The notes under the pieces: generated by a model
What the model was told of the DNA's origin: nothing
The model's database searches: none
What the model saw: only the letters and a program-made list of their open reading frames with translations
Made by a program: the position numbers and the translations under genes
In this document: positions 39,217-53,199 of the stretch, piece after piece
Layout: each line of letters opens with the position of its first letter
Numbering within the stretch: the stretch's first letter is position 1
DNA from: Callorhinchus milii
Lineage: Eukaryota
Assembly: GCF_018977255.1 (NCBI RefSeq)
Contig: NW_024704745.1
Location: 49,662,001 to 49,726,000, forward strand
Length of the DNA stretch: 64,000 nt
Direction: 5' to 3'

Positions 39217-40269
39217 CTGCAAGACAGCATTGGCAAATGTAATCTTTTTAACACAATGTGATAATGAATCTGCTTTATTACTTTTCACAGTTTGATGGGA
39301 AAAGGTGAAAGGTTATCACCAACTGGTAATAACAGTCTCTAGATCAAAACCAGCTCTGGCTTCCACTTAGCATGGTTCAGAGTTTGGCTAAACACACTGA
39401 CAATTTATTTTTACTTCCCTTTAAACACCATTCTGAGGATTCATTAATTCAGCACTGAGATTGTTTTGCTGTTTGCTTCTCCAAACGTTGCTATAGCCAA
39501 TACTATTTTTTACTAAGATTATCTCACTTTCCAAACTCCTATGACTTGCCTTACTTATTCATTGATCTGGTGGTTCAAATGGATGTTACCCACTCCATGG
39601 CACTATTTTCAAGAAACCCAATGTGATCTGACTAAGATTCTTCCTCCAACCATATTCATTCCAATCCACCTCTTTACCCACATCCTCCCCCCACACTCAT
39701 GCATAAAATGTAGTCATTCATTTCATTGGCGTTTCTAATACATTGCTGATTAACTGCCAAGTTTGCTTTCATTACAGCAGTCATGCACTTAAATGGAACT
39801 AATTGATTGAAGCTCTCGATGAAGTTTGACATGAAAAGTGTTCTGAGCACCATTTATTTGTTTTTTTGGGGATGACCAATATTCATCAGCAGCTTGGTAA
39901 ATAGTTTGGATGCATTTTTATTCACAAGTGTGTGATGCAGTTGCAGTAACAGTAGAACTCAGTTACAATTCAGTACAGAAAATCCCCAGAATTTGGGCCT
40001 AGTCGGACTGGGTCTGACACCCAATTTTTTAAAAAAATCTGTGGACCCACGTACAGACTGCGGGACCAACTCTCCTAGCTCACACCAATGCTGCACTGAG
40101 TAGTTTCACCATCGTTTCAAAAAAGACGGTAATTGCTGGTACTGGCATTGTAATTTCACTTAGCCAGAAATTCCAGCTTGCTGGAATGAACCTCCGGTAC
40201 ATTGGTCCAGCTAGCTGGGATTTTAGTGCAATTTTAGTCCTGTCAAATCCAAGCGATGCTAAAATAGGC

Positions 40270-40392
40270 GTCATTGACCTGAAATGTTAACCCACTTTCC
40301 TCTCTCCATAGATGCTGCTTGACCTGCTGAGTGTTCCCAGCCACTTCTGTTTTTATTTCAGATATCCAGCTTCTGCAGTATTCTGCCTTTTT
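40270..40392 (+). mobile_element. Penelope-derived terminal fragment
   Basis: tcattgacctgaaatgttaac...gatgctgcttgacctgctgagt; resembles the 3' half of the hammerhead region at 15203-15239. Confidence 0.55.
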
Positions 40393-40494
40393 CTATAATG
40401 GTCGTGATTACCAATCATGACTTCCACATTCACTGCACAACAAACATGAAGATTGAATAATCACATGTATAGTTAACAGCCAAACAAAACTTAC

Positions 40495-40608
40495 CAAAAT
40501 AGTAGTGACTATAAGAGACCTATTGGACATTGAGACACTGATGTTTGATGGCTTCTCTTTCATGCTATCCGTCATGTTAAGGCCAGTGTTTGAGTTCCAG
40601 ATTCCAAT
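40495..40608 (-). CDS. GRIK1: GluK1 exon, ATD-S1 linker ([38 protein letters not shown])
   Basis: Hand translation; TAG acceptor, GTAAGT donor, 114 nt. Confidence 0.95.
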
Positions 40609-42105
40609 CTACATTCAGGAGATCAGATAATCTTCAGGTAAGATAATCATGCTCAAACCATTAGTCGCTGCACACACACTGGTATTAACGAAGAGAAGGT
40701 ATGTGGCAATGTATATTGGACAATCCAGAATATTACTGCAGGTTTTCTAGAAAGATTGTCAACCACTGCACTCCAAGGCAGTCCACCCGTGTGAAGGATG
40801 CTATATACAGTATGTTGTTGAGAGTGATTTTGTTTTGCAAATTTTAGCCCCTACATCAGGCTCTCGGTTTCCTTTTAGTTTATTATTGCTTTGCTATGGT
40901 TGATCTGCCGAGGAGGACCAAATTCCACGCTCTACTAAGGTTAAAACCTTCCCCTTTAGCAATTGAATGAGCTAGTCCTAAAATTTGCAAAATAAAATCG
41001 CTCATCAATAACAGTGTTAAGACCCAGTAGAGGGCACCACCTGCTAGTGTTCCTTACATGCGTTAAGCAGTACATCGAGGAATATCGCAAATTTTACCCC
41101 CAAATTCTTTATTAATCCCAGAGATCAATGCGAATATGACCGTGGTTCCATGTCCATATGTCTGATAGGGTTATAGACAGGAATCCATTCATTTTGAGAT
41201 TTAATAGGAAATGCTGTAAAATACCTTACATTAAATAAATGATATATATTTTAATTCAAAATTAATGATTACTTGATTTACTTGATTTTGACCCAAAAGA
41301 TATGAGTCAGTGAGCACTGGAATGATCTCATTTTCTATTGTAATTATACGGCACTAACCAGAGAATATGGATAAGCATATAAGAGAGTTGTAAGTGGCTA
41401 CATCTATATTACCTATTCACATCACTTTAAGTGTGGAAGTCAGAGATTAAAGATGTACACATTGGTTACTGACCTTTCTTGTCCTTTGCACTATATAAAT
41501 GCAAGTTTTTGTGGTTCTTAGATTTTTAGTGATTATTCGAGAGAATCATGGGACTATTATCCCATCAGAAACAGCACAGAATTTGGCAGGATCTGCTTAT
41601 AATGGGAACATTTTATTTTTATACCATTATTACATCTCTGAGCATTGTGAAACCTGTTTTACAATGCTCCAGGATGTAATAACGGTATAAAAATGGCTTG
41701 TAGTTTTTTTTAAGTAAGTTTGGATAACAGGCTTCACAAAGTAAAACTGTACTTTGAGAGTGGCGTCAGCCTGGTGCCAGCCTTCACCACATTTAGCATA
41801 CGCCAAAAAACATTCAATTACCAAGGATTGTGTCTGGCTTAGAAACGAAGGGGTTGTTTTCTGTTTGTTGGTAAATTTACCGATCTCGGCCATTGAACCT
41901 TCAATGAAATTTTCACAGTCACAAATTTAACACCCAACAGAGGGAGTCAAGTTGCCTACAAGCTCAGTAAATGTAACAACATGCAGAGAATAACTCACAT
42001 AACGCTTAGTCCAACAAAACAGGAGATGACCAACTTGGGACTAAACTAAGCAGGACATAACTTACGAACCACACCAAATATGGACACGTCTCTCTCAGTA
42101 CAAAC

Positions 42106-42147
42106 CTTCCGCCATATTTTGCTGGAGTGAATAATGTCACCAGGAAG
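42106..42147 (-). CDS. GRIK1: Candidate alternative 42-nt cassette exon (LPGDIIHSSKIWRK), positional homolog of the GluK1-1 15-aa insert
   Basis: Pyrimidine tract + AAG acceptor, AAG|GTTTGT donor, frame-preserving; G-D/E..H..K-I/V-W-R/K-K pattern shared with mammalian AAGEVSKHLYKVWKK; lies in the expected intron. Confidence 0.75.
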
Positions 42148-43036
42148 CTTGTAAAGAATAAAGGAGCTTGTTAAAATAAAAAAAATCATGTTTTAATCCT
42201 AATTTAATTGTCAACTAGAATAAAAATAAACAAATAAAAAAACAAATAAATGAGTAAAATAGAAAGAAAGAATTAAAAAAAAATAAGTAACGGTGTATGA
42301 TTTATTATAACCAGCTAAGGAGCTGTGGTATGATATGATTTTCCATCATATTCTGAGGGCACAATGCTATTCGTTAGTCACTAAAGAAATATTCAACAAG
42401 GCTTTCCTGTTGATGCTAAATATAAGAAGTATTTGAACAACCAAATAAATGGTTAATTTCAGCAGGGAAGGTCAGAAAGTAGAAACTGGGAGTCTAAAGT
42501 ATCATATTAAAATTGAATTTCTTGTGTTAAATGCAGCTTCAAGTTTACAAATGTGGATTGTGAGATTTGCAAAATGGCAAACTGGAAATCCCAAGTCAGC
42601 AAATTTAAAAATGAAGATTTCCCATCAGCATTTGCTTGGTGAAAGTAGATTTACTATCATATAAAATTTGGGATATGCCATTCACAAATCTTGTCATGAA
42701 TCTTTCAACACCATATTTGTAACCTGGATGTCAAAATTACAAATACAGTTTATGAATAACACAACCCACTGCTTTCTCCCCATTGTGAATGTGTTAAAGC
42801 AGGGCCTAATAGTTCTTAAATCACATGAAATAAATGCCTTTCCAAGCGGCAATTCTCAAGTTTGTCACTCACAATACACTCTCAGTTTCTTTAAACTGTA
42901 CATTTTTCAGAGCAGGACGTTATGCTTTCAAAATAACAGGTAATGATAATGTGACTTTCTCCAGCAATGTTTACAACATCCTTGTCAAGAAAGGATTTTA
43001 CCATGTGGGCAATAAGCAGGGCATTAAATTGTTCAC

Positions 43037-43144
43037 CTTTTCCAGACCTTCCTCCTTTAGACTTATAACGTCCAAGTCAAAATCCTTCCGCAGACCATCA
43101 GTCTTATTAAAGGCGATATGTCCTGTCAGGCCATCCCACTGAGC
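43037..43144 (-). CDS. GRIK1: GluK1 exon, ATD ([36 protein letters not shown])
   Basis: Hand translation; TAG acceptor, AAG|GTGAAC donor, 108 nt, phase 0/0. Confidence 0.95.
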
Positions 43145-44724
43145 CTAATGGCAAGATTTGAAAAATACATTCAATTTCTCTTCAGTTACCTCTGAATTGA
43201 GTAAAAAGAGAATCCCATCATTCGCAAGTATGGTTTATTCAAGCACAGAGGCAAATAAATCAATGTTAGTTTATATCCTAATGAAACAGTCTATTCTAAA
43301 TGTCATTATCATTCCTTTTTGTCTAGGTAGAAGTGCAATTCACAATGACTTTTTCCATTTATTATATACTTTGCTCTAAGAGAAAAGTTCAACAACAACA
43401 AAATTATATTTGTAAAGCGCCTTTCAAAACCAATCATGCTATTCTTCATCTAAACCTGCATATGAGCATTGTGCAGTAAATCTAGATGTGTTTGACGGCA
43501 GAAATGTAACTGCATATCTGCTCTAATCCTATTCTCCTACTCTTTTCTCATCTCCTTGCATGCTATTTTTCTTTGAGTATATTGAATTCTCTTTTAAATT
43601 ATGCAATGAGCTCAACTTCAACACCCATTTGTGGTAAATCACTCCACAGTTTAATACCTGTGTAAAAACCTTCTAATGTTTCCCTTTATTATTCTGATGA
43701 TAATCTGCAAATCATGTCCTCTTGTTACTGATTCGTTAATTAGTGAAATAGTCCCTATCTCTTTACCCTTGCAAAACCATTCATTATTTTGAAAATTTCT
43801 ATTAGATTCTCCTTAACCTTCTCTGCTCCAGTGAAAATATTCCCAAATGTCATCATTCACGTTTCGTTTGTTTTCTCCTGTCCTTGAACAAAATCTATTC
43901 AGTATGACATTAATCCATAGATTTTTTTCTGAATGCCAATCACACATCAAATCAGCACAAGGTACTTGCCATCGCACCTGTACCAACAGTAAAAGACCAC
44001 TATCTAAACTGCCAAATAGGCTAAGCAATTGCTGCAAGACAAATCATTGCTTTTAATGTTGGACGTTGAATATGTTTCTCTTATTCCCTAATGATATTTG
44101 ATAGACTGTTGTTTGTACCTTATTTACACCTTGGCAAAAATGTTAACTTCTGCCAAAATGCGTGTTTGAAATAAAGTTAATAAAAAAGGAATCAGGAATC
44201 AGCACCACAGTTGATTTGTTTTTAATGTAACATTAGTTACCAAAGATAGCATCTGCTTCATAGATAGAAAAAATGTGAGTTTAAGACCATTACCCAATCT
44301 CTGCTCTTAGGTAATATTCACAAAAACACCTGAGTTTCAATCTCATGCATTATGATTGTATTTGAAAGACCTCATTAATTTGCAATTTTTGTACCTTGCT
44401 CTGCCCTAACTATAATTCTATGGGCTGAAACATGCAAATAATTACGTCAAATCTTTTCTAAAACATTGCATTTTCAGCCCTTTCTATAAATTATTCACAG
44501 AACGCAGAGCATCTCCAGGCATAATATTGCTATAATCTAAATAGATATTCAAGGACATAACCTTGAGAAATAGACTAATTTTCCTGGTTTATAAGTGCAT
44601 AAATATAAGAGTGTTATCCAGGAAGATCCTTCACTGTACTGGATCTCTCTTAAGTGCTCAAATCTGTGCATTCAGCTTGAAAATAAATTGCTGCTAAAAT
44701 CACAAAGATAAATCTCGGACTTGC

Positions 44725-44868
44725 CTCTTTGATAAGGTTCATAAACCTCGATCCAAATCGCCAGGGCTTGTGCCTGTGACACTGTAAGGAGCTGACTGTC
44801 ATTTGTGAAGCGCGTTGGAAGGCTATGGACACCACATAGACTGCATCGTACATCAAGGCTGCATCCGT
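44725..44868 (-). CDS. GRIK1: GluK1 exon, ATD ([10 protein letters not shown]...RFMNLIKE); GC donor
   Basis: Within ORF 44650..45126; CAG acceptor; 144 nt; ends AAAGAG|GCAAGT; next exon resumes in frame with AQWDG. Confidence 0.93.
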
Positions 44869-45399
44869 CTGCCAAAAAATACCAAAACAGCACTTGAAAA
44901 GTAGATCCCGACAAGAAATGTTAATATTGGACATTAGCAAGATGTAGACAGAACAGAAATAAACACAAGTAGCAAAATTCCTTCCACGCCACTTCCTTCT
45001 GATGAGAACATTTTCTGCTGTCCAACTACGGTATAAATATACTGTATTTTTTTCATAATGATCCTTTGATTGAAAGACATTTCTATTTTGAATGTGAATT
45101 ATTATAGTTTTGTCGATTGTCTTCATTTAAAAGTAATTTACCATTTACAAATCTCTCTGTGTTGTTTATCAAGATTGGAATGCAAAAATAAAATGTTTCA
45201 CAAAGGATTCAACGTGATTTTATCACATTAAATCCAACACACAAATTCCTTTAGGAAATATCACATTTTCCACCCTATTGTTGTTTGAATCAGAGTTGAT
45301 AGGAAATTATGTAATAAAGAATAATGGATACACAGTGGAGATTAGTCTGTTTATCCTAACAGTTAGCCTGAGATTAACAAATGGTGCAATATCATTACA

Positions 45400-46950
45400 T
45401 GCTACTATATCTGAGTACAGAGCAGTTTCAGTATGTTGAAACACTCAAACATGTGACAGATTGTCTAGCATGCCTCATCACTGATGTGGGTCCTGGTCAA
45501 ACCTCAGTGCTCATCTTTCCATTTATATCCAGCCTGAGGACTGGCCGGTTGCAAATGTTACACTCCTGTTCAAAAAAGAGGATAAACCCGGGAAGTACAG
45601 GCCAGTCAGCCAAATGTTGGTGGTAGGAGAAACTTCTGGAGACTATAATCTGGGACAAAATTAATTTTGGAAAAATCTAACATGGATTTGTTAAAGGTAA
45701 ATAATGTCTGACAAACTTAAATTCTTAAGTGATGAAATAACGGAGAGGATTGATATCGGTAGTACAGTTGATGCTGTGTATATGGACTTTCAGAAGACAT
45801 TTGATAAGATTCCACATAATAGATTAGTTAGCAAAATTGAAGCCTAAGGGATAAAATGGGCAATGGCAGCATGGATACGAAATTGGTTGGGAGGCAGAAA
45901 GCAGACGGGAGTGGTGAATTGTTGTTTTTCAGACTGGAGGGAAGTATACAGTGGTGTCCCCCAGCAGTCGGTATTAGGTCCACTGTTCTTTTTGATATAC
46001 ATAAATGACTTGAAAGGGTATAGAGGGCAAAATTAAAAAATTTGCAGATGACGCAAAACTTGGGAATGTAGTAAACAGTGAGAAGGATGGTAGCAGGCTG
46101 CAAGAGGACGTAGACAGACTGGTGAAATGGGCAGACACATGGCAGATGAAATTTAATGCAAAGAAGTGTGAGGTGATACATTTTGGGAGGAGGAACGGGG
46201 AGAGGCAATATACACTAAATTGTACAGTTTTAAAGGGTGTTCAGGAGCAGAGAGATCTTGGGGTTCACGTACATAGGTCTTTGAAGGTGGCAGTACAGGT
46301 TGATAGAGCTGTTAAAAAAGTACATGGCATCCTTGGTTTTATAAATAGAGGCATAGAGTATAAATGCAAGGCGATTCTGCTAAACCTTTATAAGTTATTG
46401 GTTATGCCTCAGCCGGTGTATTGTGTCCAATTCTGGGCAACACACTTTAGGACGGATATGGACGGATGGACGAATTTATCAGAATGATACCGGGGATGAG
46501 GGACTTTAGCTATGTGGAGAGACTAGAGAAGCTGGGATTCTTCTCCTTAGCGCAGGGAAGGTTAAGGGGAGATTTAATAAAGGTGTTCAAAATTATGAGG
46601 GTTTTGATAAAGTAGATAGGGAGAAACTGTTTCTGCTGGCAGGTGTGTCGGTAAAGAGGGGACATAGATTTAAGATAATTGGCAAAAGAACTAGAGGGGA
46701 GATGAGGAGAATTTTTTTTACACACAGAGAGTTGTTATGGTCTGGAATACACTGCCTGAAAGGCTTGTGGAAACAGATTCAAAAAACACTTTCAAAGGTG
46801 GATTGGATAGGTACTTTAAAAGGATAAAAATGCAAGGATATGGGGAAAGAGCGGAGCAATGGTACTGATTGGGTAGCTCTACCAAGAGCTGCCACAGACA
46901 CGATGGGCCAAATGGCCTCCTTCTGTGTAATATTCTATGATTCTATGATT
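45400..46950 (+). mobile_element. CR1 LINE 3' half, degenerate
   Basis: RT motifs (YMDFQK, KFADD region), ORF 46122..46487, ttctatgattctatga tail. Confidence 0.92.
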
Positions 46951-47575
46951 AATGATGTAACAATAGTCCAGGCAGCTCATGTAATTTAGTGGACAAATAA
47001 GAAGGAATGGAAATCTTGTGCAGCAAGATATAAATGGGGATAAATAAACTTAATACTGTAGGAACTAGGACATACGTGGGGCTTGCACCTTGCTGATGTT
47101 ACATATGAAACAGCTGTGACCAACAGCACACTGAGAAATCCAGTGCATAACAAAATGTTTTCATCATATTCAGGCCATTTGCAGTTGTTACATGATTAAA
47201 TCCTCATCCAGGCTGACAGTACAGACAGACCTCTATGTTTAAGAATGTCATTTGCTGCAAATGCTTGTGGGATCATCAAGGCTGACACTTCACTGCAGTG
47301 CTGGGGAGAGCTGTATCGTCCGAGGTTTTTGGATGATAAGTTAAATTAAGGTTTGTTTTTCAGCTAGTTACTGAAGATCCCTTGGCATAGTCTAAGATTG
47401 TATTCTAAAAGAGAAGGGACTTTCTCTCCCAGTAAGCTGGCCAATGATCCTTCAAATTACAGTACTTACTTACCTCAAATCTCTTTGTAGGATCTTGCTA
47501 TAAAACAAAAACATCACTACACTTGACCATAATTACTTGTGAAGCACATTGTGAAGTTTCAACATGACAATGTGT

Positions 47576-47790
47576 TATAATCCCTCCAAAAAACAAAACA
47601 ATAATAAATTGCTCATTTTCAATCCACGACTGTTTGTGGGACATTGCTGTGCGCAATTAGCTGCCGCGTTTCGCCCACAAATATACAGTCAATTCACTTT
47701 ACAGCATATTATGTAAAGTGCTTTGAGACGGCTAGAAGACATGAAAAGCGCTATATCAAATACAAGGATTATTATTATTATTATTATTAT
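47576..47790 (+). mobile_element. 5'-truncated SINE
   Basis: Core and (att)n tail of the family. Confidence 0.88.
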
Positions 47791-47862
47791 AAAAAGTGCA
47801 AATATACTATCCTACTCCCCGCCATTGACAGAGTCCAAGAGAATTTCTCCAAATTTCAGGAA

Positions 47863-47970
47863 CAATAATAATCTTTGCATTTGATATAGCACCTTATCAC
47901 GTTGTTGAGATGTCTCAAAGCTCTTCACAGAATATATTGTACTGTGGATTGATTGTGTATTTTGTGCATG
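47863..47970 (-). mobile_element. Diverged SINE tail, inverted relative to 47576-47790
   Basis: aataataatctttgcatttgatatagcacc...cttcacagaatata. Confidence 0.7.
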
Positions 47971-49699
47971 AAATAATGGACTGGTTAGATAGATGGGACT
48001 TCAAGTTAACATTTCATCTGAAGGATGGCACCTCTGACTGCATTGGCACTGTCTGAATAAATATGTTTGGTTCAATATTATCAGCATCGGTGACTTCCTG
48101 ATGAATGTAGAAATTAATATGGATATGGAGATCTCCCCCTCTCCCTGACCTCAGCATAGAGTCATAGAGGTCATTGCTGTTTTCAATCATCATTTAGTGC
48201 TGTTTTATGGACTAACTAACAACTTAATTCAATTGGTATCTTGTGCAGAAGCAGTCAGAAAGTAGGTCTGCATTTGGGAATATCTATTACAGCTGCTAAG
48301 TGGGAATCCAAGATGATGGATATTTAAGATGTTGGAAGTTGATTTGACATGTTGAAGAATCCTAACAGATTCCATGGTGCATTGGAAAAATATCAAATCT
48401 GTTATGAAACTTCGTATTTTTTACCCCAAATACATAGACATCAGCTGGTACCGAGTGATGGGAGCTGTACACCATGGTTGGATACATAGAAAATGTTCCT
48501 TACTCTGTCCAGCAATGTGCCTCAATCCAACATCAGAAAACACCCCTAATAATAACTTTGACATGGTCAAAAAATTTAGAACAATAGTGCATAAACTCGA
48601 GCTCAGATGAAAGATGCTGAAAGAAGATAGTTCCTATTTAATAAATTTACACAGAGGGAGACCAATATATGAAATAGACTGTCCTGGGAAACAGAGGAGG
48701 TAGACTGTGTCACCAAATTCAAGAGGGAATTAGCCTGCTATTTGATCAAGAAATTGATCAAGGGATATGAAAGACAGAGTAATTTAGGATATTTTTATTT
48801 TGTAATTGGCCTGAATGGTCTTGTCCAATCCGGAAGATTCCTATGTTTCTATGTTCCTACCACACTATAGTGAATACAGTACTTCCATTTCCAACAGCGC
48901 CTCTCTAATGCATTGCTACTGTGCCAACCAGTCTCTGTTTTCATGTGCATTCTATTTAGTATAGCTTCAAAGCTGTTGTTAGGATTAATATATGGAAACA
49001 AGTAAGCTCAGAATTTCATAAACCCGAACAGGTGGCATAAAGCATGCTGGAGCATGATAGATACCAACATCAGATACTAACAAGCTCAACTATGGGTCAC
49101 TTGCGGCTTAGCTTTCTCACCAAGGGAGATACAGCACTTGTCCCTGATACATATTTTTATTTTTACCAACAACCTTTGTATGGTATGTGGATACCATACA
49201 AAGTCTTCTATCTATCAAATGTTAATACAAGCATGCAGGTTAATGCTTTAGCAGATCGCATACTTTTTGTAGAAATATTGTCTTTAACTTTCAATTTTTT
49301 TATGCAATTACTTCTTGAATACACCTGTCAGAACACGTCAACCCCAAACGGTACACATACTGCTCTTGATCTTCTAGCTTACAAGGCAAGACAGGTCTAG
49401 CAAAAGAAGCAGACAAGCAGGCTTAAGCTTTGAAGAAGGATGGTGAAACAAGATAGTTCCTATTTAATGACTGCTCTATGGTGACAATTTCCATTTCACA
49501 CACTCCTTATCATATTAATAACAATAAAAATAATCCTTACTTTTAGAAAAGGAAATTTAAAATCAGAGTGGGGAGGGAATGAGTTTAACATTAACTGATT
49601 AAATGTATTTTCAGCCCTCCCTCCGCGCCAACTCATTCACCTTTGACTGCATTGGACTGTCAGAGTCTCAAGTATTACCACTGTATTTTGGTTATGTTA

Positions 49700-50170
49700 C
49701 AATACACATTTATATTTGTACAGTGCCCTTCATGTCGGGAGGACGTCCCAAGGTGCTGGACGTCCACCCGACATGAAGGGAACTATCCAAATAAATTTTT
49801 AAGGGATTTTTTTGGACCTAATGGGATCAAGGAGGGTGGAGGACAGGAGGGTGGCTGTAGGTCGAAGAGGAGAGTCTTGAGTCTTTCCTTGAAGGAGAGA
49901 AAAGAGGGAAGCAAGGCAAATGGACTGTGATATAGAGTTCCAAAGGGTGGGGGCAGAGTGGTGGGGTAGGCCGGGCAGGGGATGTGGAGCAAGCCACACC
50001 CTGCTGAGCGGAGGGAGCAGACAGGTTGATATGGGGTCAGCAGGTCGCAGAGGTAGGAAGGAGCAAGGCTGTAGAGGACCTTGAAAGTGAGGATGAAGAT
50101 ATTGAATTCTATCAGCTGGGGGAAGGGGAGCCCGTGGAGCTGGACGAGGGTGGGGGTGAAGGGAGTCACG
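49700..50170 (-). mobile_element. L2 LINE 3' fragment
   Basis: ORF 49783..50169 (LHGLPFPQLIEFNI...LKTLLF) plus tail stem-loop. Confidence 0.85.
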
Positions 50171-50538
50171 GAGCTTGTTGCGGGAGATTTTTAATTGATA
50201 TAGTGCCTGATCACGTCAAGAGGATGTTTCAGAGAACTTTACAGGTTTTACTATAAAAAAGGGTTCTACAGTAACCCCTCCAAACAATAATAAAAAAAAC
50301 AAAAAGTTTAAATAACATGTTAACAATTGCTCACAACTCTCTGTTGTTATTTTGCAGTTTTTCAGTGCTTGTATTTTTCAGACCTTTACTGTGTATTTCT
50401 TTTTAAAGACAATGTTGGACTTGAGAATTCTGCTGGAAACAAACTCTGCATCTTTTAATGAGCCTTTTTTTATTTTGATGCCTCAGGTCAAATGATCTGC
50501 TGATACCACTGCCTGTGTCTCATGCATGGGAAATAGTG

Positions 50539-50586
50539 GGGATACTCCACTATCCCCACATACTAGTAGGGATAGTGGAGTATCCC
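50539..50586. repeat. Perfect 18-bp inverted repeat with 12-nt spacer
   Basis: gggatactccactatccc / gggatagtggagtatccc. Confidence 0.95.
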
Positions 50587-52401
50587 AGTGCCTATGGAGC
50601 ATTCACCAGCACAAATCAGTGCCTTCAGGAGAGGAGGTGGGAAAAAGGGAGAGATGGTGAAAGGAGCCTGCAGAAATTAGCCTTGGGTGCTGATGCACAC
50701 AGCTCCCGTTTGCGCAAGTGAGACCTACTGTATATTGTGTGGAGTAATATCATTGGCCAATATCCCATTTTATTATCTACATTTAATCATGAGATTTATT
50801 TCTTTAACCTATTGAAGATTTGAAGATGTTATAGATCTTATTATCAATGTCAATATTTTTGTATTTTTTGATTACACTGAAAAAGATTAGCTTACTACAC
50901 ATTACCATGGAGAGAATTCAATAGGAAGGGAATTTATTTTTATGAATGCATTTTAAAAAATATTTATAATGTTTCAAAGCTACTTTTGGATAGCCAAAAA
51001 TAAAGATACTTTTTGACAGCTATTCGTCACCACACAAACATTCTGTAGCCAAGGGGATGGTGATATATCATGTGGGCTCCAATAGGAGGTGCATTACTAG
51101 GAAGGGGTGAGGGAGGGGGCATTTGACCAATTAGGCCACTCTGTTGTACCCCGTTTACACTACATACCTTGTGCAAGATTGGTTTCTTCACCCTGCGTAC
51201 TTGTTTGATAAGGTCAGAGTTTGTTTTGTTTATATTACAGCCACAGCAGGGCAGCCCTGAATGGTGATAAGACTGCATGTGTGACCATCAAGAAGGAGAA
51301 GAAGAAAGAAAGAAGCTTTTGTTACGGGCAGGAACTCCATTATCAGGGTAATACGTAAGCTGCTGGGATACCAATGCTGGCTTCCCACCAACTAAATGTC
51401 TACATGAGGCAGATACTACTTACAAAAGTGCCATGAAAACAAGGGCAAAACATCTGTGGTTTATGTTAGATCTATTCCAATAGGTTTAACCGTGTCATCT
51501 CCTACCAGTGTATATTAACATCAGTTTTATATCAGCATAAAGGTAGAAATGTAAATGGATATGAGATACAGCATTGTAGCTGCTTTCCCCCACAGTTATT
51601 GCCTTTTTTACACTCTCTTGATATTGTTCCGTCCTCTATAGTTTGAGGTTTGCGATCCACCGCTTTCCTCCTGTAACAAAGGGAAGTTCCAAGGTTTCTG
51701 TTGCCATGACACCGACTGCACTGGTGCCAGTTTTCCATCATCACACACGATAAGAATGGTTAACTGCAATCCATGTACAGTATATTAGCCAAATCTTACA
51801 TGGATGTCTGCGTTAGACTTCCTTTACCAATTCTGATGAACTTTGCAAAAAATTCATTATATCAATTCTTAGCATGAATATTTTCCTCTGCAACTTCAGG
51901 CTCCTTTATTGCAGTTTTTGAGACCGCAAATTACCACTCAATTCTCCTTTCTGTGCTCTTTTTAAAACACCTACCCAGTTCTTCACATAGAGCGACCAGA
52001 GATGGAGGCAACATTTTAATCGTGGTCCAAATGACACCCTATCTGGATTGACATTTCACATGACGCAACAGAAGCACTTTCTGAGATGGCCTCAGCAACC
52101 TGTCAATAATCATCCCACACGAAAACTTGGCGTTCTTCCTGACTGACGAAAGGGGAAGGATGCGACGTGTGACATGATAATTATTACCGGTGATAATTAT
52201 CTATCTGTGCACTAACAGGAAATCTTTCATTAGGGTATGGAGAAAATTCAAATAGTTGTAAAGCAAAAACACGTTATGACAGAGTTACAGGGTTGGAATA
52301 AAAAAATGTCTTGACAGCAGGCTTAAGTCCACAAACCTGGTGCCGAATCCATTTTACAAAGGCTGGAGGGAACACTGCATTTTCTGTCCTTGTTATAATT
52401 A

Positions 52402-52998
52402 TCAACAACAACAACAACAAGATTTCATTTATAGAGTGCCTTTCACGTCGGGAGGATGTTCCAAGGCGTTGGACAGTTGGGTCAGGACCCGAGCAGGGGG
52501 GAAATGGTCAGGGTGAGGGGAGGGAGGGGAGGGAGCGAGGAGGGGGTAGAGAGTTGAGAGGGGAGCTGAAGGCACGGTCAAAGAGAAAGGTCTTGAGACC
52601 GGCCTTGAAGGAGGAAAGGGAGGAGGCGGCGAAGGCACTGGGAGGTGGAGTTCCAGAGCCTAGGGGCTGAGAGGCTGAAGGTCCGGCCACCGATGGTAGG
52701 GTGGTTGGGGCGGGGGATGTGGAGCAGACCGGAGGGTACGGGCAGGTAAGTAGGGGGATAGAAGGTCGGAGAGGTTGGAGGGAGCAAGGCCGTGAATGGC
52801 CTTGTTGGTGAGGATGAGGATCTTGAATTCGATCCTCTGGGGGATGGGGAGCCAGTGGAGGCGAGTGAGGGTGGGAGTGATGTGGTCACGAAGCCTGGTG
52901 CGGGACAGTACACGAGCTTCAGAGTTCTGAATGACCTGCAGCTCGTGGAGGGAGGTGCCGGGAAGGCCGGCGAGGCCCATAGTCCAGCCTTGAGGTAT
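52402..52998 (-). mobile_element. Young L2 3' fragment
   Basis: ORFs 52660..53013 and 52578..52913; highly similar to 62161-62873. Confidence 0.93.
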
Positions 52999-53199
52999 CA
53001 CTCCACTTAGCACATTTTTCTCCCAATGTTACAAGAGCTTGGGCCCAATAATCCCTAATAAAATTGCAGTTGTGATAACAGAATGAATGGACTGTGTCAC
53101 TAAATATCTAATCAATTTAAGTAAAATTAAAGTAAGAGACTGGATACACAATTGATTTAAAAATACAGCAAACAAGGAGAAGACAAAGTAAGTAAGAAT

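Noticed and set aside
52176-52201. 26-bp near-perfect palindrome gataattattaccggtgataattatc
   Set aside because: AT-rich and isolated; no context suggesting function.
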